DNA from: a bacterium
GTDB lineage: Bacteria; Verrucomicrobiota; Verrucomicrobiia; Limisphaerales; J093
Assembly: GCA_021823625.1 (NCBI GenBank)
Contig: JAKANS010000003.1
Coordinates: 5,782-69,781, forward strand
Direction of reading: 5' to 3'
Length of the DNA: 64,000 nucleotides
Part shown: positions 54,678 to 64,000 of the stretch, piece by piece
How the letters are laid out: each line of letters starts with the position of its first letter
Numbering within the stretch: position 1 is the stretch's first letter
Made by a program: the position numbers and the translations under genes
The notes under the pieces: generated by a model
Told to the model about the DNA's origin: nothing
Database searches by the model: none
The model's input: only the letters and a program-made list of their open reading frames with translations

Positions 54678-56657
54678 CTACCTTCCCAGCCGTCGCCAGT
54701 CGCCTTCGCGGCGGGTGATGCCTTCGCGGTCGAGCTTTTCGCAGAGCGGCACAATGATCCGCCGCGAGGTGCCCACCACCTGCCGCAAATCGCTCATGGT
54801 CGCCTGCCTGTGGCGGCGGAGGTGCGCCCGGATGGCATCCACCGCCTGCGCGTAGGCTTCGGCCGAGAGCACCTGCTCGGGACCGATCTCCGCGGCTTCG
54901 CCGGTCGCGATCAGAAATTTCAACGCCTCCTGCGCTGTTCGGTCGGCGGTGAGTTCCTTGCGAGACGGTGGTTCAAGCGGCTTGGCCTGGAGCGCCTGCC
55001 GGAGCCAGTCGCCGGCGGCTTGCAGGCGCGACGGCAAAGCCGGCCGGTGCGTCGCGCGGCGGATGGCCGTGCCGGTGACCACGAAGCCGCTGCGATCCAG
55101 TTCAGACACCAGCGCCTCGAACACGCCCGGCACGCGAACCTCGGCTTCGAGGATCGAGCGCAGTTCGGCGAACGGCAGCCCCACCCATTCCGGGTGGGCG
55201 CGATGCGCGGCATCCACGGCCGACGCCGCCCGCGCCAGCCAGCCTTGCCAGGCCGCGGTGTCGGCTGCCAGTTCAGCGGTCAACACCAGCCGCTTTTCCG
55301 TGGCCAACGCGGTCAGCGAGGCGGTGATTTCGTCCGCACGGAAGCGCGTTCGGCGGAGCAAGGCGTCGCGGCGGGCTGCGCCGTCGCGCGCAAGCGCCGT
55401 GAGCACCCACACCGCGGGGTCGTCCGGTGCCGCGGCGCGGGCTTCGAGCAAGGCTTTTTGCGCCGGCATCTGCCAGTGCTTGCGGTCGCCGTCGGCGTCG
55501 AGCACCAGGCCGCCGGCCAGCGTGGCCTGCTCCGACCAATCGCGGACGATGAAGCGGTCGCCGGCCAGCAGAAAGACGGGCGTCTCAAACCGCAGTTGCG
55601 CCCAGGCGCGCTCGCCCGGCGCGAGTTCGCCGCCACCGTGGACGAACACCGCGGCCGGCACGTTCGCGCTGCCGTGGTGGACGCGCACCCGCGTGCGGTC
55701 TTTGAGCGCCCGTGCCGCGGGGATTTGGCTGCCGGCGAGCCGCGCCGATTTTTCGAGCATCACATCGGCGGTGGCGGTTGCTTCGCCGAGTTCGGCGACG
55801 GTGATGACGTCGCCGCGGGCCACGCCTTGCGGTTGCGTTTCGGTATGCGGTTCCAGGTCCGGCAGGTTGACCGCGGTGCGCGTGCCAGGCCCGCTGGATG
55901 CGACGTCGGCATTGTGGCTTTGGAGGCTGCGGACGCGCGTGGTCTGGCCGGTGGGTTGGAGCACCACGGTTTGGCCGCGTTGCAGCGTGCCGCCGCTGAG
56001 CGTGCCGGTGACGACGGTGCCGATGCCCTTGAGCGTGAACACGCGGTCCACCGGCAGGCGCGGTTTGCCGAGGTCGCGTGGCGGCGGCGTTTCGGCGAGC
56101 ACGCCGGCCAGGGCGGTCTTGAGCTCGTCCAGGCCGCGTCCGGTGACGACCGAGGTGGGCATGATCGGTGCCGCGGCGAACGGGCTGTTCGCCAATGCCT
56201 GCCGCACCGCCGCGATGCGCTCCGCCTCGTGACCTTCCACCAAGTCGGCCTTGGTCAACGCCACGACGGCGCGGGTGACGCCGAGGTAAGTGAGGATTTG
56301 CAGGTGCTCCTCGCTTTGGGGCATCCAGCCGTCGTCCGCTGCCACGATGAACAGGGCAAGGTCGATCGACCCGACGCCGGCGACCATGTTCTTCACGAAA
56401 TCCTCGTGCCCCGGCACATCCACGATGCCGACGGAAAACGCGGACGGTTGCACGCCGGCCGGCGCTTCGCCACTGGCGGGCGGGTTCAGAGGCGGGGCGG
56501 GCAGGTCGAGTTGGGCGAAGCCGAGGTCGATGGTGATGCCGCGCGCCTTTTCCTCGGGCAAGCGGTCGGGATCGGTGCCGGTCAGAGCTTTGACCAGCGC
56601 GCTCTTGCCGTGGTCCACGTGACCGGCGGTGGCGAGGATGTAATGGTGTACCTGCAT
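54678..56657 (-). CDS. selB: Selenocysteine-specific translation elongation factor SelB
   Basis: ATG at 56657 within ORF 54678-57338 gives MQVHHYILATAGHVDHGKSALVKALTG.DPDRLPEEKARGITIDLGF. DVPGH and TKAD G-motifs are present, followed by C-terminal winged-helix repeats ending ..LCEKLDREGITRREGD.R. Confidence 0.9.
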   Translation of the reverse strand: MQVHHYILATAGHVDHGKSALVKALTGTDPDRLPEEKARGITIDLGFAQLDLPAPPLNPPASGEAPAGVQPSAFSVGIVDVPGHEDFVKNMVAGVGSIDLALFIVAADDGWMPQSEEHLQILTYLGVTRAVVALTKADLVEGHEAERIAAVRQALANSPFAAAPIMPTSVVTGRGLDELKTALAGVLAETPPPRDLGKPRLPVDRVFTLKGIGTVVTGTLSGGTLQRGQTVVLQPTGQTTRVRSLQSHNADVASSGPGTRTAVNLPDLEPHTETQPQGVARGDVITVAELGEATATADVMLEKSARLAGSQIPAARALKDRTRVRVHHGSANVPAAVFVHGGGELAPGERAWAQLRFETPVFLLAGDRFIVRDWSEQATLAGGLVLDADGDRKHWQMPAQKALLEARAAAPDDPAVWVLTALARDGAARRDALLRRTRFRADEITASLTALATEKRLVLTAELAADTAAWQGWLARAASAVDAAHRAHPEWVGLPFAELRSILEAEVRVPGVFEALVSELDRSGFVVTGTAIRRATHRPALPSRLQAAGDWLRQALQAKPLEPPSRKELTADRTAQEALKFLIATGEAAEIGPEQVLSAEAYAQAVDAIRAHLRRHRQATMSDLRQVVGTSRRIIVPLCEKLDREGITRREGDWRRLGR

Positions 56658-56753
56658 GATGCGCCGGCTAGCCAAGTCGGCCAGCGGCAGCCGGGCAAAC
56701 GAAAAGTGCGGCCTCGTGCCGTCCCAGACTCGCCGGGCCGGACGCGGAAAGGC

Positions 56754-57263
56754 ATGCTTTGGCCCGTGGAAATCCGCATCCAGCCTGCCACCGCGGACAC
56801 GTTCGATGGGGTTCGCCGGTTGTTCCGCGAATACCAGGAATGGCTCGGCGAGGATTTGTGCTTCCAGAGTTTCGAGGCTGAGCTGGCCGAACTTCCTGGT
56901 AAGTACGCGCCGCCGCGGGGCGCGCTGTTGCTGGCGATGGACCCGACGGAAGCTGTGGGTTGCGTGGGCGTGCGCCCGCTCGCGGGGAACGTGTGCGAGA
57001 TGAAGCGCCTGTACGTGCGCCCGCAACATCGCGGGCAGGGGGTGGGCAGGCGTCTGGCCGTGGCCGCCATTGCCGCGGCGCGGCAGGCGGGCTACCGCGT
57101 GATGCGACTGGACACGCTGGAGCGGCTGCGCGAAGCGATGCGGCTGTACGAGTCGCTGGGTTTCGTGCGCGTGCCGCCATACTACGCCAACCCGTTGCCC
57201 GGCGTGGTCTATTGGCAGCTCTCGCTGGACGCGGTCGGAATGCAAACCCGGTCGCGAGGTTGA
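56754..57263 (+). CDS. GNAT-family N-acetyltransferase
   Basis: ATG at 56754 in the frame of ORF 54594-57263. ..EMKRLYVRPQHRGQGVGRRLAVAAIAAARQAGYRVMRLDT...A..LYESLGF. Confidence 0.8.
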   Translation: MLWPVEIRIQPATADTFDGVRRLFREYQEWLGEDLCFQSFEAELAELPGKYAPPRGALLLAMDPTEAVGCVGVRPLAGNVCEMKRLYVRPQHRGQGVGRRLAVAAIAAARQAGYRVMRLDTLERLREAMRLYESLGFVRVPPYYANPLPGVVYWQLSLDAVGMQTRSRG

Positions 57264-57336
57264 AGCCGGCTTGCGAAGACCTTTGCGTTTCCGGGCGTTC
57301 GGCGTTTGAATCACCGCGTGAACATCGCTTGATCCC

Positions 57337-59358
57337 ATGAAAGCTCTATCGTTGTTACCCGTTTTGTTCCTCAGTCTTGGATCGTCACTTCAAGCCGCGG
57401 ACCGCCTCACTTACGTCGATCTCGTCAAACGCCTGACCGATCTGAGCCAGCTCGCCCTGCCGCCCGCGCCGGGCGAGCGTTGCGCGCAGTGGTCCAGTTA
57501 CGACCGCGCGAGCAAGTACGACGCGGCCACCGGCAAGTACGCCCACTGGGACGCCAACGGTGACGGCGACGGCTACATCCGCAAGGAAGGTGACCAGTTC
57601 GTCTTCGCCGAGATGGAAGGGCCGGGCTGCATCTGGCGAATCTGGTCCGCCGCGCCCAAGGAAGGCCACGTCCGCATCTACCTCGACGGCGCGAGCGAGC
57701 CGGCGGTGGATTTGCCGTTCATCGGCTACTTCGACGGCAAGAACGCCCCGTTCACGCGCTCGGCGCTAGTCCACACGGTCGCGATGGGCTGGAACAACTA
57801 CACGCCCATCCCGTACCAGAAATCCTGCAAGATCGTCGCCGACAAGAACTGGGGCGCGTACTTTCAGTTCGATTACCGGACCTACCCGCCGGGCACGCAG
57901 GTGCCGACCTTCAAGCGCCAGTTGAGCGCCGAAGAAAACGCCGCGCTCGACCAGGCGAACCAGCTTCTCGCCCACCCAGGATCGGCGCTGCCGCCCAGTC
58001 CCGGCGAGGAAACCAAGACGACTCAGTTGTCCGCCAATGGCGGCGGCACGTGCGTCTATTCGCTGCCGGGGCCGCGCGCGATCAAGACCCTCCGTGCCCG
58101 CGTGGAGCCGCCGTTCACGCCGGAAGATCGCAGCGCCGTGCGCGAATGGACGGTGCAAATCCAGTTCGATGGCGAGGACGCGCCGAGCGTGTGGGCGCCG
58201 TTCGCCGACTTCTTCGGCACCGCGTCGGGCGCGAACCCGTACGCCTCGCTCCCGAGCGGCCTGACCGCGGACGGCACCTGGTATTCGCATTGGTACATGC
58301 CGTTTGGGAAGGTGGCGGTGATCACGCTGGTCAACGACGGCCGGCAAAGCCGCAAGATCGACCTCGAAGTTGTCACCGTCCCGCTGGCCGGCGATCCGGC
58401 GGGCTACGCCAGCTTCCACGCCAAATGGCATCGCGACGCGTTTCTGCCGACCGATCCCGACCGCCGGAAGATCGACTGGACGCTGCTCAAGACCGAAGGC
58501 CGCGGCCGGTTTTGTGGCGTGATGCTCAACGTGTGGAACCCGAAAGGCGGTTGGTGGGGCGAAGGCGACGAGAAGTTTTTCGTGGACGGCGAGAAGTTCC
58601 CTTCGACCATCGGCACCGGTTCCGAAGACTATTTTGGCTACGCCTGGTGCAACCCAACCCCGTTCGCGAACGCCTATCACAACCAGACCATTTCAATGGG
58701 CAACAAAGGCCACGTCTGCGTGAACCGTTGGCAGATCACCGACAACATTCCCTTCCAGACTTCGTTCGAGGGTGCCATCGAGAAGTACTACCCCAACAGC
58801 CGGCCCACGCTTTACGCCAGCACGGTCTATTGGTACCTGATGCCGGGCGGCACGGACGCCTACCAGCCGCAGCCGCTGAGCGAGCGGGTCGGCTACTGGA
58901 ACGACGCCGATTTGCAGACCTTCAAGGTGAAAGGCGCGTTGGAAGGCGAGCGCTTGAACGTCCTGTCCAAGACCGGCGGCAACGCGGCCGAGCAGGACAT
59001 GTCGGGATACGAAGGCAATTGGAGCAATGGCGCGCACCTGTGGTGGACCGGTGCCAAACCGGGCGACAAGCTCGAACTCGCGCTGCCGGTGGCGAAGGCG
59101 GGCCATTACGAACTCACCGCTCAACTCACCAAGGCGATCGATTACGGCATCGTGCAACTGAGCCTGGACGGCCAACCACTCGGCGGCCCGATCGACCTCT
59201 ACCATGACGGCGTGGTCGCGACCGGCGCGCTGGACTTCGGCGCGCACGAACTCAGCGCCGGCGTCCATAAGCTCGGCGTCGAAATCGTGGGCGCCAACGC
59301 CAAGGCGGTGAAGAGCTACATGTTCGGGCTGGACTACGTGAAGCTGACCCCGAAATGA
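57337..59358 (+). CDS. DUF2961 (GH172)-domain protein with a C-terminal carbohydrate-binding-like domain, secreted
   Basis: ORF track 673 aa with a signal peptide. ..EGPGCIWRIWSA...IYLDG... and ..GTGSEDYFG.AW.. are typical of DUF2961. Confidence 0.8.
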   Translation: MKALSLLPVLFLSLGSSLQAADRLTYVDLVKRLTDLSQLALPPAPGERCAQWSSYDRASKYDAATGKYAHWDANGDGDGYIRKEGDQFVFAEMEGPGCIWRIWSAAPKEGHVRIYLDGASEPAVDLPFIGYFDGKNAPFTRSALVHTVAMGWNNYTPIPYQKSCKIVADKNWGAYFQFDYRTYPPGTQVPTFKRQLSAEENAALDQANQLLAHPGSALPPSPGEETKTTQLSANGGGTCVYSLPGPRAIKTLRARVEPPFTPEDRSAVREWTVQIQFDGEDAPSVWAPFADFFGTASGANPYASLPSGLTADGTWYSHWYMPFGKVAVITLVNDGRQSRKIDLEVVTVPLAGDPAGYASFHAKWHRDAFLPTDPDRRKIDWTLLKTEGRGRFCGVMLNVWNPKGGWWGEGDEKFFVDGEKFPSTIGTGSEDYFGYAWCNPTPFANAYHNQTISMGNKGHVCVNRWQITDNIPFQTSFEGAIEKYYPNSRPTLYASTVYWYLMPGGTDAYQPQPLSERVGYWNDADLQTFKVKGALEGERLNVLSKTGGNAAEQDMSGYEGNWSNGAHLWWTGAKPGDKLELALPVAKAGHYELTAQLTKAIDYGIVQLSLDGQPLGGPIDLYHDGVVATGALDFGAHELSAGVHKLGVEIVGANAKAVKSYMFGLDYVKLTPK

Positions 59359-59422
59359 ATCGCCGCGGCCACTGCACGCCGGGCTTTCTTCGGCGGCGGT
59401 GGCAAAGGTAAACTCGGTGCCG

Positions 59423-60088
59423 ATGCGCTGCGTGGTGACGGCCGGACCGACCTTCGAACCGCTGGACCAAGTCCGGCGGCTCACCAACTTTTCGACCGGC
59501 CGGTTGGGTACCGAGCTGGCCGGCTACCTCGCCGACCACGGCCACGAAGTCATTCTATTGCGCGGCGAGATGGCGATGTGGCCTGCCACCGCGCGGGCCG
59601 GCGTTCGCGTCGAATCGTTCACCACCACCGCCGATTTGGGCGCGCGGCTGGCTGGCCTGGTTGGCGCGGAGGTGGACGCGGTGTTTCACGCCGCGGCGGT
59701 AAGCGACTTCGGCTTCGGCAAGATCTGGGAACGCCAAGCCGACGGTCGTTTGGTGGAAGTAAGCGCGGGCAAGTTGTCCACCCGCGGCGGGCCGCTACTG
59801 GCGGAGCTAGTGCCCACACCCAAGGTGATCGCAGAACTGCGTGACTGGTTCCCGCACGCCTGTCTGGTGGGTTGGAAGTACGAGGTCGATGGCGACCGCG
59901 ATACCGCGCTGCGCGAGGCGCGCGAACAAATCCGCGAGTGCCGCACCGATGCCTGCGTCGTGAACGGCCCGGCTTACGGCGACGGCTTTGGGTTGGTCCA
60001 TGCCGGCACAACCGACTGTCGGGATTGTGGTGATCGATGGGAGTTGTTTGCCGCGCTGGCCGGAATTCTTGCCCGGCGCGTGCCTTAA
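59423..60088 (+). CDS. Phosphopantothenate--cysteine ligase (CoaB/DFP C-terminal domain)-like protein
   Basis: ATG at 59423 within ORF 59399-60088. MRCVVTAGPTFEPLDQVRRLTNFSTGRLG resembles the CoaB signature, and ..AAAVSDF.. is present. This is a stand-alone CoaB domain. Confidence 0.7.
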   Translation: MRCVVTAGPTFEPLDQVRRLTNFSTGRLGTELAGYLADHGHEVILLRGEMAMWPATARAGVRVESFTTTADLGARLAGLVGAEVDAVFHAAAVSDFGFGKIWERQADGRLVEVSAGKLSTRGGPLLAELVPTPKVIAELRDWFPHACLVGWKYEVDGDRDTALREAREQIRECRTDACVVNGPAYGDGFGLVHAGTTDCRDCGDRWELFAALAGILARRVP

Positions 60089-60124
60089 GCATTTAGCCGG
60101 ACAACAACCGCAGCAAAGCCGGCA

Positions 60125-60526
60125 TCAGTCCTTGAGCAGCGCCGTGAAGCCGGCTTGCTCGAAGTGGCGGTCGGCGGTCAATGCTTCCCGGATGCCGCAA
60201 TCTTCCATCACTAGGAAAAAAATGCAGTCGGTCAGCGACCAGTCCTTGTCGGAACGGCTGGCCATTCGTTCAAGGCCGCGATCGAACAGGTGAGAATCGA
60301 GCGGAACGATTCTCAGCCGCCGGCTGGCGCGCATTGCTGCCACCAGCGCCACGAAGTCCGCATGATCTTCAGCGCGAGCGCAGGCGTTCCCCAACTCCAG
60401 CAAGACAAACTCAGTGGTGACCAAGGTCCGGTTCACCCGGGAAGCCGCCACGGCGCGGTCGTGCGCGGGGTCATCCGTCCGTAGCAGCGCCAGATAGAAA
60501 GAGGTGTCGGCAAAGACAGCGCTCAC
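60125..60526 (-). CDS. vapC: PIN-domain toxin (VapC-like), intact
   Basis: ORF track 133 aa. VFADTSFYLALL...TTEFVLLELGN...SLTDCIFFLVM...ALTADRHFEQAGF shows the four acidic PIN positions. Confidence 0.82.
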   Translation of the reverse strand: MSAVFADTSFYLALLRTDDPAHDRAVAASRVNRTLVTTEFVLLELGNACARAEDHADFVALVAAMRASRRLRIVPLDSHLFDRGLERMASRSDKDWSLTDCIFFLVMEDCGIREALTADRHFEQAGFTALLKD

Positions 60527-60744
60527 GACTTCTTCGGTTCACCACTGACATAGTAGCCGTGATTCAACGCGTAATCCTTGGGCCAATGCGGGCGCGGCTT
60601 GGCGAGACCGAGCGCGGTCGCCAGAAACGGATCGTCCTCCGGCCCGAGTTCCAGCGGCTCGATCTTGACTTCCGTTCCCTCCGGCAGGTCAGCCTCCGGC
60701 GGCAAGATCACCACGCCGTTTTTGACTCTTCCGGTGTAATTCAT
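60523..60744 (-). CDS. Antitoxin partner of VapC (small beta-strand-rich protein)
   Basis: ORF track 73 aa. MNYTGRVKNGVVILPPEADLPEGTEVKIEPLE... It overlaps the downstream PIN gene start by 4 nt. Confidence 0.65.
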   Translation of the reverse strand: MNYTGRVKNGVVILPPEADLPEGTEVKIEPLELGPEDDPFLATALGLAKPRPHWPKDYALNHGYYVSGEPKKS

Positions 60745-60922
60745 AACGACTTCGAACGATGCTACGCTCCGACTTGGCTGGCAACTCCGGATTGTCTCGC
60801 CTGGCTTCCATCCCTCCGCGTTCCAAGCTGCACGGGCTGCCGGTTGGCTTCAGAAAGCTCCAGTCTTGACCAGCGTCAACACTGTCCGGCCTCTGGCGGC
60901 GCAATCCTTCCCCCGCACGCTT

Positions 60923-63900
60923 ATGAAATCCACCTTGGTTCTTTCGTTGTCGCTCGCGGCGCGGGCGGTGGTGGGATCGTGTTGCCAGGCGCGGGCGGCG
61001 GGCTTCGATTTTGCAGCCCCGATCGTGACGGCCGCCGAGGCGACCGGCGCAGAGCAACTCGCGGCCCAGGAAGTTCGCCGTTACGTCTATCTCCGCACCG
61101 GCCATCTGCTCGCAGTGCGCCCGGCTGGGCCGAAGCGGTCGGGCGCCGACGCCGCGATCGTGGTGGCGAATCAGAACCGTCCGGTCGTGAAGGCATTGCT
61201 CGCAACGCCGGGCGTTCCGGCCACGGCAACGGCGCCGCTCGGTCCGGAGGATTTCTGGCTGCGCACGCTGAAGATCGGCGGGCGTGAGGTCTGGCTGATC
61301 ACCGGCGGCAGCGACGTGGCGACGTTGTACGGCGCGTACCGTTTCGCCGAATGGCTGGGCGTGCGGTTTTACCTGCACGGCGACGTGGTGCCGGACACGC
61401 GTCTGGTGGGCGGTATCCCGGCGCTGGATAAGAAGAGCTCTCCGCTGTTCGCGGTGCGCGGCATCCAGCCGTTTCACGATTTCCCGGAAGGCCCGGACTG
61501 GTGGAACACCGACGATTATCGCGCGATTATCGGCCAGTTGCCGAAGCTGCGCATGAATTTCACCGGCCTGCACACCTACCCCGAAGGCGGACCGCACGCG
61601 GAACCCACAGTCTGGATTGGACCGGCGGACGAGCTCGGCGCGGGCGGCCACGTGACGGCCAGTTACCCGTCGAGCTACAACAACACGATCCGCACGCAAG
61701 CCATTCCGGGGAACTGGGGTTACGCCGCCAAGTTCACCAGCGCTTACGCGTTCGGCGCGGCGCAACTGTTCGACCGCGACGCCTTCGGGCCGGACTGCCT
61801 GTTGAACCACTTTCCGCAGCCGACGCAGCCCGACGACTGCAACGCCGTCTTCAACGCCACCGGCGACATGCTGCGCACCGCGTTCACACTGGCCCACCGA
61901 TTGGGCGTGAAAACCTGCGTCGGCACCGAAACGCCGTTGACGGTGCCCAAAGCCTTGCAGGACCGGCTCCGCGCCGCTGGCAAAGACCCGGGCGATCCCG
62001 CGGTGCGGCGCGAGTTGTACGAAGGCCTGTTCCGCCGTATCGCCGCCGCGTACCCGCTGGATTATTACTGGTTTTGGACGCCGGAAGGCTGGACCTGGGA
62101 AGGCACCAAGGACGAACAGGTCAAACGCACGCTCGACGACATCAATGCCGCCATCGCCGCCCACGCTGTGGTGAAACCGCCATTCAAGCTGGCCACCTGT
62201 GGCTGGGTGCTCGGCCCGCAGCAGGACCGGGCCTTGTTCGACAAGGCGCTCCCCAAAGACATCACGGTGAGTTGCATCAACCGCGAGGTCGGCAAGACGC
62301 CGGTGGACCGCGCGTTCAGCGACGTTCACGGACGCGGCAAATGGGCCATCCCCTGGCTCGAAGACGACCCCGCTCTGACCTCGCTGCAGCTCTGGGCTGG
62401 ACGGATGCGGCGCGATGCCGCGGACGCCCGCCGTTACGGCTGCGACGGGTTGCTGGGCATCCATTGGCGCACGCGCAGTCTTGGCCCGAACGTGTCCGCG
62501 CTGGCGCAAGCCGCCTGGAACCAGGACGCGTGGAACAAAGAGCCGTTCGGGCCTGAACCCGCCAAGACGCGCACGCCCGGCGCCGAAGGCGGGGCCGTCG
62601 CGGCGTTCACGAATCCGATCGCCGACACCGACGATGACCCGCTTTACCAGACCGTGCGATACAACGTGGCGGCGTACCACCTCCCGCTCAGCAACGGCAT
62701 CTACCGCGTCACGCTCAAGTTCTGCGAGCCGCATTACACGGCCGCCGGTAAGCGCGTGTTTGGCGTGAAGGTCCAAGGCAGGCCGGTGATTGAGAACCTG
62801 GATATCTTCGCCAAGGTCGGCCAGAACCGCGCGCTCGATTTCACCTTCACGAACGTCACGGCCGCCAACGGCTGGCTCGACATCGATTTCGTGCCGGTGG
62901 TCGAGTTTCCCAGCATCGCCGCCATCGACATCGAGGGCGCGGGCGGCCAGACCAAGATTAACTGCGGCGGCCCGCAATACCGCGATTACGTGGCCGATTT
63001 GTCGGCGTCCGCTGGCACGGAGCAGCACTTTGCGCCCGTGGACGATTTTTACCGCGACTGGGCCGGGCACGAGTTCGGTCCGGAAGTGGGCGAGGCCGCC
63101 GGCCGGCTGTTCGCCAAGCTTGACTGCCAACTGCCGCGCCCGAGCGATTGGATCGACGGCCCCGGCGGACTGCGGCCCGACCCGCGCCCGTGGTCGCAAG
63201 TGCAGGCGGAGTACGCTTTCGCGCCAGAGTTCGCGCAGTTGCGGCCGCGAGTCCGCGGGGTCGGCAACCAGGCGCGGTTCGACTACTGGCTGGCCACGTT
63301 CCAATACCTGCGCGCGATGGCGCAAGTGAACTGCATCTGGGCCCGGTTCAACGCGGCGTTCGACGGGGCCAGGAAGGCTGGCGACGCCGCGACGGCCCGG
63401 CGCCTCGCCGAAGAAAAGGTGCTGCCATTGCGACGCGAATTGGTCAGCGCGGTGGCCGAGGTTTATGCGAACCTGCTGGCCACCGTGTCGAACCCCGGCG
63501 AGTTGGGAACCGTGATGAATTGGGAACAACACATCCTGCCCGGCTTGCTGACCAGGCCGGGCGAGGAACTGGCAAAAATCCTCGGCCACGCACTTCCCGC
63601 CGGCGCCCAGCCAGCGCAGAGCTACCACGGTCCGACGCGCGTCATCGTGCCCACGGTGCGCAGCAGCTACGAACCCGCGGAAGCGCTGACGCTCAAAGTG
63701 CTCGTGCTTTCGGAGCAGCCGCCCCGCGAGGCCATCATCAAGTGGCGTCGTTTGGGAGGGCGACAATTCGCTTCGGTGCCGCTCCGGCCGGTGGCGCGCG
63801 GGGTGTATACAGCGCAATTCCCGGCCGAGGCGACCGCAGCGACGGATTTCGAATATTTCGTGGAAGTCCAGCCCGCGAGCGGCGCGCCGGTCCACTTCCC

Positions 63901-63955
63901 GGCGACTGCGCCGGCGTTGAACCAGACCCTGGTGCGGCTGCCGGTGGGATGGTGA
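60923..63955 (+). CDS. Large secreted glycoside-hydrolase-like protein with a malectin-like carbohydrate-binding domain
   Basis: ATG at 60923 within ORF 60866-63955, with a signal peptide. The N-terminal TLYGAYRFAEWLGVRFYLHGD module resembles the one in the DUF4838 protein. The malectin-like stretch is YRVTLKFCEPHYTAAGKRVFGVKVQGRPVIENLDIFAKVG...GWLDIDF. Confidence 0.8.
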   Translation: MKSTLVLSLSLAARAVVGSCCQARAAGFDFAAPIVTAAEATGAEQLAAQEVRRYVYLRTGHLLAVRPAGPKRSGADAAIVVANQNRPVVKALLATPGVPATATAPLGPEDFWLRTLKIGGREVWLITGGSDVATLYGAYRFAEWLGVRFYLHGDVVPDTRLVGGIPALDKKSSPLFAVRGIQPFHDFPEGPDWWNTDDYRAIIGQLPKLRMNFTGLHTYPEGGPHAEPTVWIGPADELGAGGHVTASYPSSYNNTIRTQAIPGNWGYAAKFTSAYAFGAAQLFDRDAFGPDCLLNHFPQPTQPDDCNAVFNATGDMLRTAFTLAHRLGVKTCVGTETPLTVPKALQDRLRAAGKDPGDPAVRRELYEGLFRRIAAAYPLDYYWFWTPEGWTWEGTKDEQVKRTLDDINAAIAAHAVVKPPFKLATCGWVLGPQQDRALFDKALPKDITVSCINREVGKTPVDRAFSDVHGRGKWAIPWLEDDPALTSLQLWAGRMRRDAADARRYGCDGLLGIHWRTRSLGPNVSALAQAAWNQDAWNKEPFGPEPAKTRTPGAEGGAVAAFTNPIADTDDDPLYQTVRYNVAAYHLPLSNGIYRVTLKFCEPHYTAAGKRVFGVKVQGRPVIENLDIFAKVGQNRALDFTFTNVTAANGWLDIDFVPVVEFPSIAAIDIEGAGGQTKINCGGPQYRDYVADLSASAGTEQHFAPVDDFYRDWAGHEFGPEVGEAAGRLFAKLDCQLPRPSDWIDGPGGLRPDPRPWSQVQAEYAFAPEFAQLRPRVRGVGNQARFDYWLATFQYLRAMAQVNCIWARFNAAFDGARKAGDAATARRLAEEKVLPLRRELVSAVAEVYANLLATVSNPGELGTVMNWEQHILPGLLTRPGEELAKILGHALPAGAQPAQSYHGPTRVIVPTVRSSYEPAEALTLKVLVLSEQPPREAIIKWRRLGGRQFASVPLRPVARGVYTAQFPAEATAATDFEYFVEVQPASGAPVHFPATAPALNQTLVRLPVGW

Positions 63956-64000
63956 GTGGCGTCGGCACATCTTGAATTCGCTTTGCGCGGCGCGTTTTTC

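Overview
This is 64 kb of high-G+C bacterial chromosome. Hand counts of sampled stretches give roughly 55-68% G+C. No database search was run, so every family name below comes from motif recognition by eye.

The gene content suggests Verrucomicrobiota or the wider PVC group, as an inference only. Supporting features are three scattered prepilin-type proteins ([23 protein letters not shown] ... DGH.E), Tat-signal Gfo/Idh/MocA oxidoreductases, DUF4838, DUF2961 and malectin glycoside-hydrolase-like proteins, a GxxExxY protein and a TIGR04073-like lipoprotein.

I call about 50 protein genes, mostly housekeeping:
- aspartate-family genes that are scattered rather than operonic (asd, lysC, hom, thrC)
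- pyrR-pyrB, aroB, ispE, tyrS, dnaN, mnmG and selB
- a cysteine desulfurase and a SufE-like protein
- a DsbD/redoxin pair and a BlaI/BlaR1-like pair
- an APC permease, two MFS transporters and a ClC channel

There is one tmRNA. I found no rRNA, tRNA or CRISPR array.

The window looks origin-proximal. A perfectly palindromic parS-like 16-mer lies inside mnmG, and two DnaA boxes overlap a consensus promoter upstream of a dnaN gene that has no adjacent dnaA.

Small accessory or decay features:
- a GxxExxY (PD-(D/E)XK) cassette inserted between hom and thrC, bracketed by 29-bp repeats
- a lower-G+C orphan gene near an IS110 transposase remnant
- two VapBC-like toxin-antitoxin pairs, one of them frameshifted
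- a decayed two-domain GNAT gene
- several long GC-rich palindromes, plus a hairpin cluster that ends in a terminator between thrC and a cupin gene

Several consensus TTGACA-N16/17-TAnnnT promoters sit 4-11 nt from start codons, which suggests leaderless or near-leaderless mRNAs.

I do not see a large multi-gene novel system in this window. The findings are individual elements worth a second look.
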